Positions 38,107 through 47,446 of a stretch of 64,000 bases of DNA are shown here, piece by piece. Position numbers and translations under genes: made by a program. The notes beneath the pieces are model-generated. The model saw only the letters and a program-made list of their open reading frames with translations. It was not told where the DNA came from and searched no databases. Source of the DNA: Acidobacteriota bacterium (GTDB lineage: Bacteria > Acidobacteriota > UBA6911 > RPQK01 > JAPXNP01); assembly GCA_037388505.1 (NCBI GenBank), contig JARRKC010000006.1, forward strand, positions 4,046 through 68,045, in the 5' to 3' direction. Position 1 is the first letter of the stretch, and each line of letters starts with the position of its first letter.

Positions 38107-39624
38107 TCACTCGATGCCGTAGCGATGCATCTTTTTCAGCAGTCCCTGGCGACTCAAGCCGAGCCTTTTGGCCGCCTGCGCTCGATTCCGATCGCAGAAT
38201 TGGAGTGCTTCCCGGATCAACCGGCGCTCCAACTGCTCGACCGCCTCGTGAAGGCTCCTCGACTCGCTGTCGTCACCACGCAGAATCTCGGAGACATCTT
38301 CGGGGAGTACCACCTCGCGGCGGACCGTAACCGCCAGACGCTTCATCTCGTTTTCGAGCTCTCGGACATTGCCGGGCCAGTCGTGGCGGCCCAAGAGGTC
38401 GATGGCTTCGGGTGAGATCCGCTTGTCTGGCCGTCGTAACTCGCGGCAGGCTCGCTGGAGGAAGTGTTGCGCCAACAGGGGAATATCCTCGCGAATCTCC
38501 CGAAGGGCCGGTGTCCGAATGTGAATGACGTGAAGGCGGTAGTAGAGGTCGTCACGAAAGCGGCCCGAGGCGATCTCCTTCTCGAGATCACGGTGGGTCG
38601 CAGCCAGGATGCGGACGTCGACGGGAATTGGACGGCGGCCACCCACACGCTCCAGTACGCGCTCCTGAAGCACCCGCAGGATCTTGGCTTGTGCGGCCGG
38701 GCTCAGATCTCCGATTTCATCCAGAAAGAGCGTCCCGCCGTCTGCGGCCTCGAATCGCCCGATTCTCCGGTCCACTCCGGTGGCCACTCCCTTCTCGATC
38801 CCGAACAGCTCGGCCTCCACGAGGTTCTCGGGCAAAGCCGAGCAGTTCAGGGCAACGAATGGGCCTCCTGCGCGACCGCCCGAAAAATGGATGGCTCGGG
38901 CTACGAGTTCCTTTCCTGTGCCGCTCTCACCGGTGATAAGGACGTCGACCCGATTGTCGCGTAGCTCCTCGACCTTGCGGATCAACTGCTGTATGGGGCG
39001 GGTCATCCCAAGGATGTTTCGGGTCGAGAACTGTCCGCGAACCTCCTCGAGGAGCATGCGATTCTGTTTCTGGAGAGCATTCTTCTCCTTTTGCAGTTCG
39101 TCGAACTTCAGTGCCGTCTCCATGGCGAGCGAAGCGTGACCTCCCAGCTCAACCAGGATCTTCTGATCATTTTGGTGGAAACTCCCCGACCTCTTGTTCA
39201 GTACTTCGAAAACGCCGAGGACCCGACCGTCTCGCCCAAACAGTGGCACCGCAAGGATGCACCGGGTTCGATACCCGAGCCTGGCGTCGATCGAGGGGTT
39301 GAAACGGGCGTCGGAATACGCGTCCTGCACGACGACGGCACTTCCAGTCAGCGCAACCTCTCCGGCGATTCCCAGACGGGCATCGAAGCGCAGGTCCTCG
39401 TCCGTCCCGAGAGCGGCCCGCGACCAGAGCTCGCAACGGTCACGATCCAGAAAGAAGATGCTCGAGCGATCGCAATCCAACAGGCGGGCCGCTTCCCTGG
39501 CGATGACCTCGAGGAGCGCCGCAAGATCCTGCTCTCCATTGATTCGGCGGGTGGCCGCGAGCATCTCGACGAGTTCTTCCTCATTCCAGCCTTTGATGGG
39601 ACGCTCGTTTCGTTTACCGGTCAT
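38107..39624 (-). CDS. GAF - AAA+ - Fis HTH sigma54-type enhancer-binding protein
   Basis: GAF (DARF...TRCILAVPL...VLNK), GESGTGKE, ELFGIEKGVATGV, TLFLDEIG, FRDDLYYRL, WPGNVREL and NRAQAAKRLGLSR. Confidence 0.93.
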   Translation of the reverse strand: MTGKRNERPIKGWNEEELVEMLAATRRINGEQDLAALLEVIAREAARLLDCDRSSIFFLDRDRCELWSRAALGTDEDLRFDARLGIAGEVALTGSAVVVQDAYSDARFNPSIDARLGYRTRCILAVPLFGRDGRVLGVFEVLNKRSGSFHQNDQKILVELGGHASLAMETALKFDELQKEKNALQKQNRMLLEEVRGQFSTRNILGMTRPIQQLIRKVEELRDNRVDVLITGESGTGKELVARAIHFSGGRAGGPFVALNCSALPENLVEAELFGIEKGVATGVDRRIGRFEAADGGTLFLDEIGDLSPAAQAKILRVLQERVLERVGGRRPIPVDVRILAATHRDLEKEIASGRFRDDLYYRLHVIHIRTPALREIREDIPLLAQHFLQRACRELRRPDKRISPEAIDLLGRHDWPGNVRELENEMKRLAVTVRREVVLPEDVSEILRGDDSESRSLHEAVEQLERRLIREALQFCDRNRAQAAKRLGLSRQGLLKKMHRYGIE

Positions 39625-39788
39625 CCTGCCTACTCTAAAGGAAGACACTCTGGGCGTCACCTGCCGGGAAGGGTTTGAGATTTCTGCTTTTCGATTTCGA
39701 TTTGCGATTTGGAAGGCAGAAGGCGAGAGGTGAGAGCCAGTAACTCCAAAAGTGGAGTCGCGGTCATCAAGGCGTGGAGAAGCGATTT

Positions 39789-39869
39789 CACGCAAAGACC
39801 GCAAACATCGCCAAGAGCTCCAAAGCAAAGAAATCCTTGGCGTCCGTTGCGTTCTTGCGGCTCTGCGTG
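39789..39869. repeat. imperfect inverted repeat built from CGCAAAG-like units
   Basis: Left arm CACGCAAAGACCGCAAACATCGCCAAG; reverse complement of right arm CACGCAGAGCCGCAAGAACGCAACGGACGCCAAG. Confidence 0.55.
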
Positions 39870-39935
39870 GAGTCAGCTCTGACCGGCTTGGCATGTGGCC
39901 GAGCTTTCGGCAATCGAGGTGGCGCACATCTGCAA

Positions 39936-39985
39936 CCCGTCCTCCGGTTCTCCCGTCCTCCGGTTCTCCCGTTCTCCCGCTCTCA
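39936..39985. repeat. 8-nt-unit tandem repeat (CCCGTTCT-like x6)
   Basis: CCCGTCCT CCGGTTCT CCCGTCCT CCGGTTCT CCCGTTCT CCCGCTCT. Confidence 0.8.
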
Positions 39986-39995
39986 CTTCCCCCAA

Positions 39996-40130
39996 TCAAG
40001 GTTTGTCGGGCGGTTCATCATCGTTACGTTCTTTTTTCTCCAGCCTGAGCACCATCCAGAAGAAGCGGCCGGCGAAGAAAATCACAAGCGCCCAGATCAT
40101 GAGCATCAGGACCCAAGCCGTGGGAGTCAC
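39996..40130 (-). CDS. 44-aa single-TM protein, probable NSS transporter small subunit (MetS-like)
   Basis: GTG overlaps the transporter stop (GTGA); AGGAGG RBS; MTPTAWVLMLMIWALVIFFAGRFFWMVLRLEKKE... Confidence 0.7.
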   Translation of the reverse strand: MTPTAWVLMLMIWALVIFFAGRFFWMVLRLEKKERNDDEPPDKP

Positions 40131-41755
40131 GGGTTCGTAGACCTCCTTTTCCAGGCGATTCGAACCAGCAGTGCAAAGCCGACGAAAACCAGCGTCAGCA
40201 GAACTCTTGTCATGTCGATGATGAAGTCTCGGGTCGGCATGCCCTGAACGTTGAACCAGACATAATGGGCCTCCCCAGCGTGCATGACCCGACCCAGCAC
40301 ACTGTCGGGGGAGAGCCCCCAGCCATGACCTTCCAGAAGACTCGCGAAGGCAGTCGGCCACTCGCGCGAAGGCTTGAAAACAGCCCCGAGAAAGATCACC
40401 AGCAGGAAGGCCGGCGTGATGTAGCCGATGAGCACCCGAAATATGTGGGGAATTTTCAACTGAGCGCCGCGGTTGATCTCCGCCCAGCCGGTTTCCAAAG
40501 GAAAGATCCATGAGAATACGAAGGCTTCGGCCAGTGCAAAGATGACGAGCGAAAAGGTCCCTGCCCAGAAATCGAATTCGTCGAATGCGCCGGACGGGTA
40601 GAAGACGACACAGAAGAGTCCGAGCCCGGCGGCCGCCAGGCCGAAAGTCTGCGAGGCCCGGGCTGAGCGCAGGCCGAACTCGTCTTCCAGGAAGGTCACA
40701 ATGGGTTGTCCCATGGCCAGAGAGGAGGTGACCCCGGCAAAGAAGAGAAGGCCGAACCACATGGCTCCGGCCAGAGGTGCAAACCAGCCCCAATTGCCAA
40801 ACAGCATCGGGAGGGTCAGGAATCCGAGGGTGAAACCACTCCCGCTCGAGGTCGCTGCAGTCACAGCCGCAAGACCAAGGTAAGCGGTCGAAATGGGGAT
40901 GATGAGGGAGCCGCCCAGCACGACTTCGACGAATTCATTCAGCCAGCCCGCCGAGGCGGCATTCAAGGCGATGTCATCTTGCTCGCGAAGGTAAGAGGCG
41001 TAACAGTGAATCGAGCCCATGCCGAGAGAAAGGGTGAAGAAGATCTGCCCTGCTGCAGCCAACCAGGTACTGGGATTGAGAAAGCCGGCAGTTCGAGGTT
41101 GCCAGATGAAATTCAGACCCGCGAGTGGGCTCTCGACGACATGGAGGTCACCCGGCCCAAGCAAAAGACCCCGGATGACCAGGATGATGGCGAACATGAT
41201 CAGTAACGGCATTCCGATTCTGGCGGCTGCTTCGATCCCGCGGGTCAGCCCGCGAGAGAGGATCCAGGTGTTCATCACCAGGGTCAGGAGGAACCAGAAG
41301 ATCGCCTCGGCCGGCCAAGCCGCCAGCCCGCCGGGCGCAGTCCCGATGTAGTGGGAAAAGAACACGGACGCTTCGATATGGCCGAAGGTGCCCATCAGAG
41401 AGTGCCAGACGTAGGCAAGCGCCCAAGACTCGATATAGACGTAATAGGAGGCAATGCACAGATTGGTGAACAGACCAAAGACTCCGATGTATTTCAACCA
41501 GTGGCTCGAGCCCAGACGATCGAACATACCGGGCGTCGAATGATGGCCGAACTGTCCTCCATGCCGTCCAATCGCCCATTCCACCCAAAGCAAGGGGACT
41601 CCCATGACCACGAACGAGACCAGATAGGGGATGATGAACGCGCCTCCGCCGTTCTGAATCGCTTGCGCCGGAAAGCGGAGGAAGTTCCCCAGCCCGACCG
41701 CATTACCGGCCATGGCGAGGATCAGCCCGACGCGTGTTCCCCATCGCTGGGTCAT
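40127..41755 (-). CDS. sodium-dependent NSS/SNF family transporter
   Basis: AMAGNAVGLGNFLRFP, NGGGAFIIPY, WLAAAGQIFFTLSLG and LLFFAGVTSS. Confidence 0.95.
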   Translation of the reverse strand: MTQRWGTRVGLILAMAGNAVGLGNFLRFPAQAIQNGGGAFIIPYLVSFVVMGVPLLWVEWAIGRHGGQFGHHSTPGMFDRLGSSHWLKYIGVFGLFTNLCIASYYVYIESWALAYVWHSLMGTFGHIEASVFFSHYIGTAPGGLAAWPAEAIFWFLLTLVMNTWILSRGLTRGIEAAARIGMPLLIMFAIILVIRGLLLGPGDLHVVESPLAGLNFIWQPRTAGFLNPSTWLAAAGQIFFTLSLGMGSIHCYASYLREQDDIALNAASAGWLNEFVEVVLGGSLIIPISTAYLGLAAVTAATSSGSGFTLGFLTLPMLFGNWGWFAPLAGAMWFGLLFFAGVTSSLAMGQPIVTFLEDEFGLRSARASQTFGLAAAGLGLFCVVFYPSGAFDEFDFWAGTFSLVIFALAEAFVFSWIFPLETGWAEINRGAQLKIPHIFRVLIGYITPAFLLVIFLGAVFKPSREWPTAFASLLEGHGWGLSPDSVLGRVMHAGEAHYVWFNVQGMPTRDFIIDMTRVLLTLVFVGFALLVRIAWKRRSTNP

Positions 41756-41855
41756 GAATCAGTCAGCTCCAGTGGAGGGTTTGGTGGGATCCGCCTTCCC
41801 CGGCGGCCTTTGGGCGGGCGCCGTATCCCGGCGGGAAAGGCGGTTCGAAGCCGTG

Positions 41856-41960
41856 CTACGATTTCGGCTTCTTCTTCTCGGAACGCCGCAGGAAAATGAC
41901 CGCCACAACGGCGGCAACGATAAACAGCCAGGCGGCAATCTGATATCCAGAAAACTCCAT
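41856..41960 (-). CDS. 34-aa single-TM small protein
   Basis: Manual translation MEFSGYQIAAWLFIVAAVVAVIFLRRSEKKKPKS; GAAAGG upstream; positive-inside tail. Confidence 0.6.
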   Translation of the reverse strand: MEFSGYQIAAWLFIVAAVVAVIFLRRSEKKKPKS

Positions 41961-41989
41961 AATCCACACCTTTCGTGATAGATGTCATC

Positions 41990-42355
41990 TCAGCTCGTTC
42001 GTGAAAGGGACAAATACGCGAAAAGGTGGAGTGGCGGAGAGCGATCACAGTGGACCGCAAGAACGGCCGGAGCAAGCCCGACTCTCTCACTCTCGTCTGG
42101 ATTTCGTCGCGGAGGCTTCGGCTTTTCTGTCGACGGCTGAAAGTAGCCACCTGCCGACTGAAGGGGATTCTTGAACCGCACGGGAAGCCGCACGACGTCG
42201 AGGGCACTTTCGAGGATTGTCGGGCTTCCGGAGTCGACGAACACGGGGCGGAGCGGTCCCCATCGCATAACGGGCCCCACCGTCGCAACCGGGAACCCTC
42301 CCACCAGGAGAAGGGCCACAGAGATCAGAAGAAGCCGTTCAAACGTTTTCGGCAT
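41990..42355 (-). CDS. hypothetical protein with signal-like N-terminus
   Basis: MPKTFERLLLISVALLLVGG...; C-terminal RSPP. Confidence 0.4.
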   Translation of the reverse strand: MPKTFERLLLISVALLLVGGFPVATVGPVMRWGPLRPVFVDSGSPTILESALDVVRLPVRFKNPLQSAGGYFQPSTEKPKPPRRNPDESERVGLAPAVLAVHCDRSPPLHLFAYLSLSRTS

Positions 42356-42546
42356 TCGTGTCAGGCGCCTCCGATTATCCGGAGTGCTCCTCTTTGTACA
42401 CCAATATATCTCAGTCCTCGGGCCCATGTGCCGACCGGTCAGGGTTCCTGCTTGTCGAGGGAGGTAGTGACGCTCCCGCCGACGTTGCGGGGATCCACCC
42501 TTTCCCAAAGCGGAACTTCTGGACCACCGGCGCGCCCGGCTTCCAG

Positions 42547-43266
42547 TCAACCCGTCCTTCGTTCCGCAAGGCCCCGGAAGAATTCGACGATATCGAACTC
42601 CCCGAGGTCTGCGTAGACAGCGTCCGCCAGATGCAGGTCCTGCTCCGGTCTCTGAGGGCGCTGTAATCCCACGCAGAACATGGAGGCAGCCTTGGCTGCA
42701 GTCACACCGGCCGCGGAATCCTCGAAAACGAGGCAGGTCTCGGGCAGAACCCCCATTCGGGCCGCTGCCGTCAAATAACAGATCGGATCCGGCTTGCCGG
42801 GGTAGTAGTCTTCGGATCCAAGGAAGAATTGAAGCAAGTCATCGATTCCGAGCTCGTCGATACCTCGGATCACATCTTCACGCGGGGAACCCGAGATCAC
42901 GGCGACAGGGTACTTCTCCGCCAGACGTCGCAAAAGGTCCACGGAGCTCTTGATCGCGATGTCGCGCGATCGCTGGAGTTCCAGAAAAACCTTCCGGACA
43001 GCGATCTCCATATCCTCCATGCGCTCGTAGGCCCGCGGAAACATACGACGCACATCATTGAAGATATCTGTCCAGCCACGACCGTAGACCAGGTCCTGGC
43101 AGGCAGACGGAGATAACCACCAGCCGTCGCGCGCCAGTGCCAACTGCACGGCGTCGACGTAGAGGACCTCCGAGTCGAGCAGAGTGCCGTCCAGATCGAA
43201 GAAGATCGCCCGGATTTCGATCCCATGAATGTGGCCGCCAAGGCCGACAGGCTTCGAGTCATTCAT
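42547..43266 (-). CDS. HAD family phosphatase (beta-PGM/CbbY-like)
   Basis: FFDLDGTLLDSE, ISGS, GKPDP and VFEDSAAGV. Confidence 0.92.
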   Translation of the reverse strand: MNDSKPVGLGGHIHGIEIRAIFFDLDGTLLDSEVLYVDAVQLALARDGWWLSPSACQDLVYGRGWTDIFNDVRRMFPRAYERMEDMEIAVRKVFLELQRSRDIAIKSSVDLLRRLAEKYPVAVISGSPREDVIRGIDELGIDDLLQFFLGSEDYYPGKPDPICYLTAAARMGVLPETCLVFEDSAAGVTAAKAASMFCVGLQRPQRPEQDLHLADAVYADLGEFDIVEFFRGLAERRTG

Positions 43267-43419
43267 CTCGTAGTCTCCAGCAAACCCGGAGTCCGTGGCG
43301 CTTCCGAGTGTACCATGCCGTCATGTGATTGCAGTCATACCTACGTTTTCGGGCGAGATCGGATTACCCTTGTGTTTCAGCCCGCATGTCTTCAAGTGGG
43401 GTGCGAGAGGAGGTTCGGA

Positions 43420-44607
43420 ATGAGACGAGGGATGATCAGCCTGATGGTCGTGGTGTTCTGTGCCGGTCTGGCCTGGGCCCAGGCCCCCGGCGTCGATCTC
43501 ACGGAGCTTGCCAAGGTTCCAGACATGGGTCGCAGCAAGCGCGTGAGCAGCTATGACCGCTCGGGCGGCAACAACGATCGCTTGGAACACATTGCGAATG
43601 GAGAGCGGCGCACTCTGTTCGAGGTCGAAGGGGCGGGAGTCATCAACCATATCTGGGTCACGATCGCCCCGCCACCTCCTGAATTGAGTCGCAACGACAT
43701 CATCCTGCGCATGTACTGGGACAAGAATCCTGAGCCCTGCGTCGAGAGTCCGATTGGCCCCTTCTTTGGTCAAGGCTGGGATGAGAGTTACGACTTCGCT
43801 TCGTTGCCTCTGGCAGCCGGTCCTCGAGAGGGGCGTGCCATGGTGAGCTACTTCGCCATGCCTTTTTCCAACGGCGCCCGGATCGAGATCGAGAACCAGA
43901 CGGGGCGTGACATCGATGCCTTCTACTACTACGTTGACTACCTCGAGCTCGATGAACTGCCCGCGGACTATGGCCGCTTCCACGCCTGGTACCACCACGA
44001 ACTGACGAAAGCTCTGCCCGAGGGAGAGAATGAATGGTCCGTTTTGGGCCCTCAGGGTAAGAACACGACGGGGGATGCCAACTATCTGATTGCGGACATC
44101 GAGGGGAAAGGTCGCTTCGTAGGGGTCAACTACTACGTACAGTCGCCATCGCCCATGTGGTACGGCGAAGGGGACGACATGATCTTCATCGACGGAGAGT
44201 CCTGGCCTCCCTCACTGCACGGGACGGGCACCGAAGACTATTTCAACACGTCCTGGTCCCCGAACACGCTCTTTTCCCATCCCTATTACGGCTATGCACG
44301 AGTCAACCACGGTACAGGCTGGCTGGGCCGTACCCATGTCTATCGGTTCAACATTGCCGATCCTATTGTCTTCAACCGCTCGCTGCGCTTTACGATCGAA
44401 CATGGACATAACAACAATCTCACGCTCGACCTGGCTTCGGTGGCGTACTGGTATCAACGCGAGCCTCACAAGAAGTTCCCACCGCTGGCCAGCAAGGAGG
44501 AGCGGACCCCGAAGCCCCTCATCGGTGTCGTCGACATCCATCGTTGGAGGGACGCCTGGCGAAAGCAGCACGGCAGCGATCCCCAGCTTTGGGGGAACGA
44601 ACCGTAG
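43420..44607 (+). CDS. DUF2961 / glycoside hydrolase family 172 protein, secreted
   Basis: AGGAGG RBS, signal peptide, SSYDRSGGNND, HIWVT, YFAMPF, WYGEGDD, GTGTEDYF, IEHGH and SVAYWYQ. Confidence 0.92.
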   Translation: MRRGMISLMVVVFCAGLAWAQAPGVDLTELAKVPDMGRSKRVSSYDRSGGNNDRLEHIANGERRTLFEVEGAGVINHIWVTIAPPPPELSRNDIILRMYWDKNPEPCVESPIGPFFGQGWDESYDFASLPLAAGPREGRAMVSYFAMPFSNGARIEIENQTGRDIDAFYYYVDYLELDELPADYGRFHAWYHHELTKALPEGENEWSVLGPQGKNTTGDANYLIADIEGKGRFVGVNYYVQSPSPMWYGEGDDMIFIDGESWPPSLHGTGTEDYFNTSWSPNTLFSHPYYGYARVNHGTGWLGRTHVYRFNIADPIVFNRSLRFTIEHGHNNNLTLDLASVAYWYQREPHKKFPPLASKEERTPKPLIGVVDIHRWRDAWRKQHGSDPQLWGNEP

Positions 44608-44610
44608 GGC

Positions 44611-44645
44611 GTTTCGAGTTCCGAGTTCCGAGATCTGAGATTTAC
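44611..44645. repeat. degenerate 7-nt tandem repeat (GTTCCGA-like)
   Basis: GTTTCGA GTTCCGA GTTCCGA GATCTGA GATTTAC. Confidence 0.65.
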
Positions 44646-44828
44646 GATCTAGCCGGACGGAAACCGGGAGCGGACGTGGGATAGGCATCCTGGTTGGCCC
44701 TTGACCTGAGGCCGCTGCGCTACGAGCATTGTTTAGCTCAGGGAAGCGGGGGCGACGGTTGGGGAAGCATCCTTGCTTGCCCGAAGGCCGGGACCTCTCG
44801 AGCGTTGATCATTCTGAGTCCCGAAGTT

Positions 44829-44852
44829 GAACGGGAGAACGGGAGAACGGGA
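44829..44852. repeat. (GAACGGGA)x3, same 8-nt family as 39936-39985
   Basis: Directly visible immediately upstream of ATG 44860. Confidence 0.75.
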
Positions 44853-44859
44853 AGAGAGC

Positions 44860-46593
44860 ATGCGCGAACGGGGAGCCAACCGGACGACCAACCTCCTTCT
44901 CCTGGGAGTCGTGCTGGTGGGAGCGGCTCTCCGGATCTGGGGAGTCGGTTTTGGACTTCCCATCAAGTCGAGTCTCTATATCCGACCGGACGAGAGCCTT
45001 CTGGTCGAGCCCGGCCTCCATCTGTTCGAGCGTTGGGGCGACCCTCTCTTCTACGTCTACCCCGCCCTGGTGATCGAGATCGTGGCGGTCCTGTTCCAGC
45101 TTGTGTTCTGGACGGGTCGTGTCGGCGGACATGTATCGCAGGATCGGCTGCTGCAGGATTTCGCCGCAGCTCCTTCAGCCTATTTCCTTGCCACCCGGTG
45201 GATTTCGGTTCTAGCGGGAATCCTCACCGTGTACATCGTCTTCAGGTTGACCGAGCGTCTGTCGGGGAACCGCTTTGCCGCTCTGGCTGCCGCTCTTCTT
45301 TACGCAGTGTCCCCTCTGGCGGTCAGAGATGCGCACTTCGGTGTGACCGACAACGTCATGGTCCTTTTCCTGAGCGTCTCTCTTCTGGCCGGTATCACTT
45401 ACGTTTCGAGTGACGACGTTTCCGCCCGAAGTCCGGTTCCCATGGGAGCCTGGTTCGGGCTGGCTGCGGCAAGTAAATACACGGCCTTCCTCCTCGGCCC
45501 CCGCCTTCTGACTGCCGTCCTCTTCCGAGAAGGAAAGTCGCCTGCGCGCTGTCTTCGACGGCTTGCAGCCGTGACGCTGCTCCCGGCCGGCATCTTCCTT
45601 GCTCTCAATCCCTATGTGATTCCCAATCTCCGCTCGACCATCCACGAGTTGCTGGACATCCTTCGTATTTTCTATCTGTGGCAGCCGGGAGACCCTCCCT
45701 GGGCGCTTCGAGAAGCGATATTGCAGGTCTTGAGGCCTCTGCGTTTCGGCCCGGGAGGTCTGGCGGGTCTGGCCTTGTGTGGTCTCGGAGTTGGTTTGAG
45801 TCTACGCTCGAACCGTAAGGAACGCGCCGCCGCCATCCTACTTGCAGGTTATCTGGGTCTTCACGTTCTTGCCCTTATTCCCTTCCGTCACCTGGTTCCC
45901 TATCGATACCTGCTGCCGATTCTGCCCCTGATTGCCGTCTTCGCGGGATCCAGTCTCCCGCACCTGCTGCGAGCGACGCAGCGAATACCGGTTCGGGTGG
46001 GGGCGGCGGCGATTCTGCTGTTCTGTTTGACGACGACCTTCTACCGTTCCGCTCAGATCGATGCAGTCCTTGCCGCGACCGACACTCGGACTTTGGCCGG
46101 AGAATGGATCGAGAAAAGGGTCCCGACTGCGATGCCGGTAGTGATCCTGTGCCCACCCGAAGCTGAACCCCAGGTTTACGAGCACCGAGCCTCACTGATG
46201 CGAAGGACCGAGTATGTTCGTCGACGCTACGGCGAAGCAGCCGGGGAGTTCATCTCACGCCTGTACCTGGATCAGCTCGCCGATCGGCGCAGAGAGGCCA
46301 GCGGATGGCAGCTCTTTCGCTTTCCCGAGCTGTCCGAATGTCCGAACCGTGTGGTTGCGGTCGTCACCTGCGATCACCCGCTGCGGATGGGGCGGACGCC
46401 ACCCGATCAGTCCGAACGATGGCAAGGAAGGATTCTCGAGAGCGTGAGCTTCCAATCCTGTAAGGGAGCGGAGCAGGCTGCCTGGGACAGGATCGACGCT
46501 TTGTTCGTTCCTTTCACGCAACTGAGTAGGGTCGAACGCCCCGGACCGAACATCGAGATCCGTATCATCGACCGGGGAACGGATTTACCATAG
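44860..46593 (+). CDS. ArnT/PMT-like (GT39/GT83-type) GT-C membrane glycosyltransferase
   Basis: ALRIWG...RPDE loop, YPAL, AHFGVTD, GLAAASKY and RYLLPILP; more than 10 TMs. Confidence 0.85.
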   Translation: MRERGANRTTNLLLLGVVLVGAALRIWGVGFGLPIKSSLYIRPDESLLVEPGLHLFERWGDPLFYVYPALVIEIVAVLFQLVFWTGRVGGHVSQDRLLQDFAAAPSAYFLATRWISVLAGILTVYIVFRLTERLSGNRFAALAAALLYAVSPLAVRDAHFGVTDNVMVLFLSVSLLAGITYVSSDDVSARSPVPMGAWFGLAAASKYTAFLLGPRLLTAVLFREGKSPARCLRRLAAVTLLPAGIFLALNPYVIPNLRSTIHELLDILRIFYLWQPGDPPWALREAILQVLRPLRFGPGGLAGLALCGLGVGLSLRSNRKERAAAILLAGYLGLHVLALIPFRHLVPYRYLLPILPLIAVFAGSSLPHLLRATQRIPVRVGAAAILLFCLTTTFYRSAQIDAVLAATDTRTLAGEWIEKRVPTAMPVVILCPPEAEPQVYEHRASLMRRTEYVRRRYGEAAGEFISRLYLDQLADRRREASGWQLFRFPELSECPNRVVAVVTCDHPLRMGRTPPDQSERWQGRILESVSFQSCKGAEQAAWDRIDALFVPFTQLSRVERPGPNIEIRIIDRGTDLP

Positions 46594-46656
46594 GATTGAC
46601 CCGGTAGGTCTGGTAAGCCCACGTCGGGCCAGCCGAGAGTTTCACAGGAGCATGCC

Positions 46657-47415
46657 ATGAGCAGCGATCTTGATCACTCTCAGGGGGCGCAGGAGAACGT
46701 CAATCTCGGGAATCGGCCGACGCTGTCGGTCGTCATGCCTGTTCATAATGAGGCCATGTACCTGAAATCCACGCTCGAGAGCTGGATCACGATACTTCGG
46801 AGTTTGCAGGTTCCGTTTGAATTCCTTGCCTACGACGATGAATCGACGGACGGCAGTGGGGAGATTCTGGATCAAGGTTCCGAGAACTTCTCGGAGCTAC
46901 ATGTCGTGCATCAACCCCATCTCGGGCATGGGCCAACGATCCGAGACGGCTACGAAGCTGCGGCAGGTGAATGGATCCTGCAGACGGACTCCGACAAAGA
47001 AACTCCTCCGGGGGAGTTCGATCAGCTTTGGCCGCTGCGTGACAGCTATGATTTCGTAATCGGTCGGCGCGTCGGAAGAAAGCTCAAGTTCGGCCGCAAG
47101 ATCGTGACCGCATGCGCCCGACTGGGAGTTCGATTCTTTTACGGATCCGGCGTTCGAGACGTCAATTCCCCTTTTCGCCTGATGCGAGGAGAGTTCGTTC
47201 GATCGTCGCTGCCGTTGATCCCCAAGGATTCCTTTGCACCCAATCTGCACCTGACGGGACTGGCGATTCGTGGGAAATGGCGGGTCCGGGAAGTCCCCGT
47301 GATCTCGCAGAATCACCGGATCGCCAGTGTATCGAGACCGTTGCCGGTAACGTTCGGAAAGCTTCTCTCCCTTTTCGGTGAGCTCCGGACCGTGTCCCGA
47401 AGAGCCCGAACTTGA
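46657..47415 (+). CDS. GT2 polyprenol-phosphate glycosyltransferase (DPM1-like)
   Basis: LSVVMPVHNE, DDESTDGS, GHGPT, QTDSD and DVNSPFRL. Confidence 0.88.
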   Translation: MSSDLDHSQGAQENVNLGNRPTLSVVMPVHNEAMYLKSTLESWITILRSLQVPFEFLAYDDESTDGSGEILDQGSENFSELHVVHQPHLGHGPTIRDGYEAAAGEWILQTDSDKETPPGEFDQLWPLRDSYDFVIGRRVGRKLKFGRKIVTACARLGVRFFYGSGVRDVNSPFRLMRGEFVRSSLPLIPKDSFAPNLHLTGLAIRGKWRVREVPVISQNHRIASVSRPLPVTFGKLLSLFGELRTVSRRART

Positions 47416-47446
47416 TCGGTTCAAGCGGCACGAAGGGCGCCCTCGA

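Noticed and set aside
43420-44607. GH172 as part of the glycopeptide system
   Set aside because: It is separated from the GT-C gene by about 250 nt of repeat-containing DNA. Adjacency alone is insufficient.
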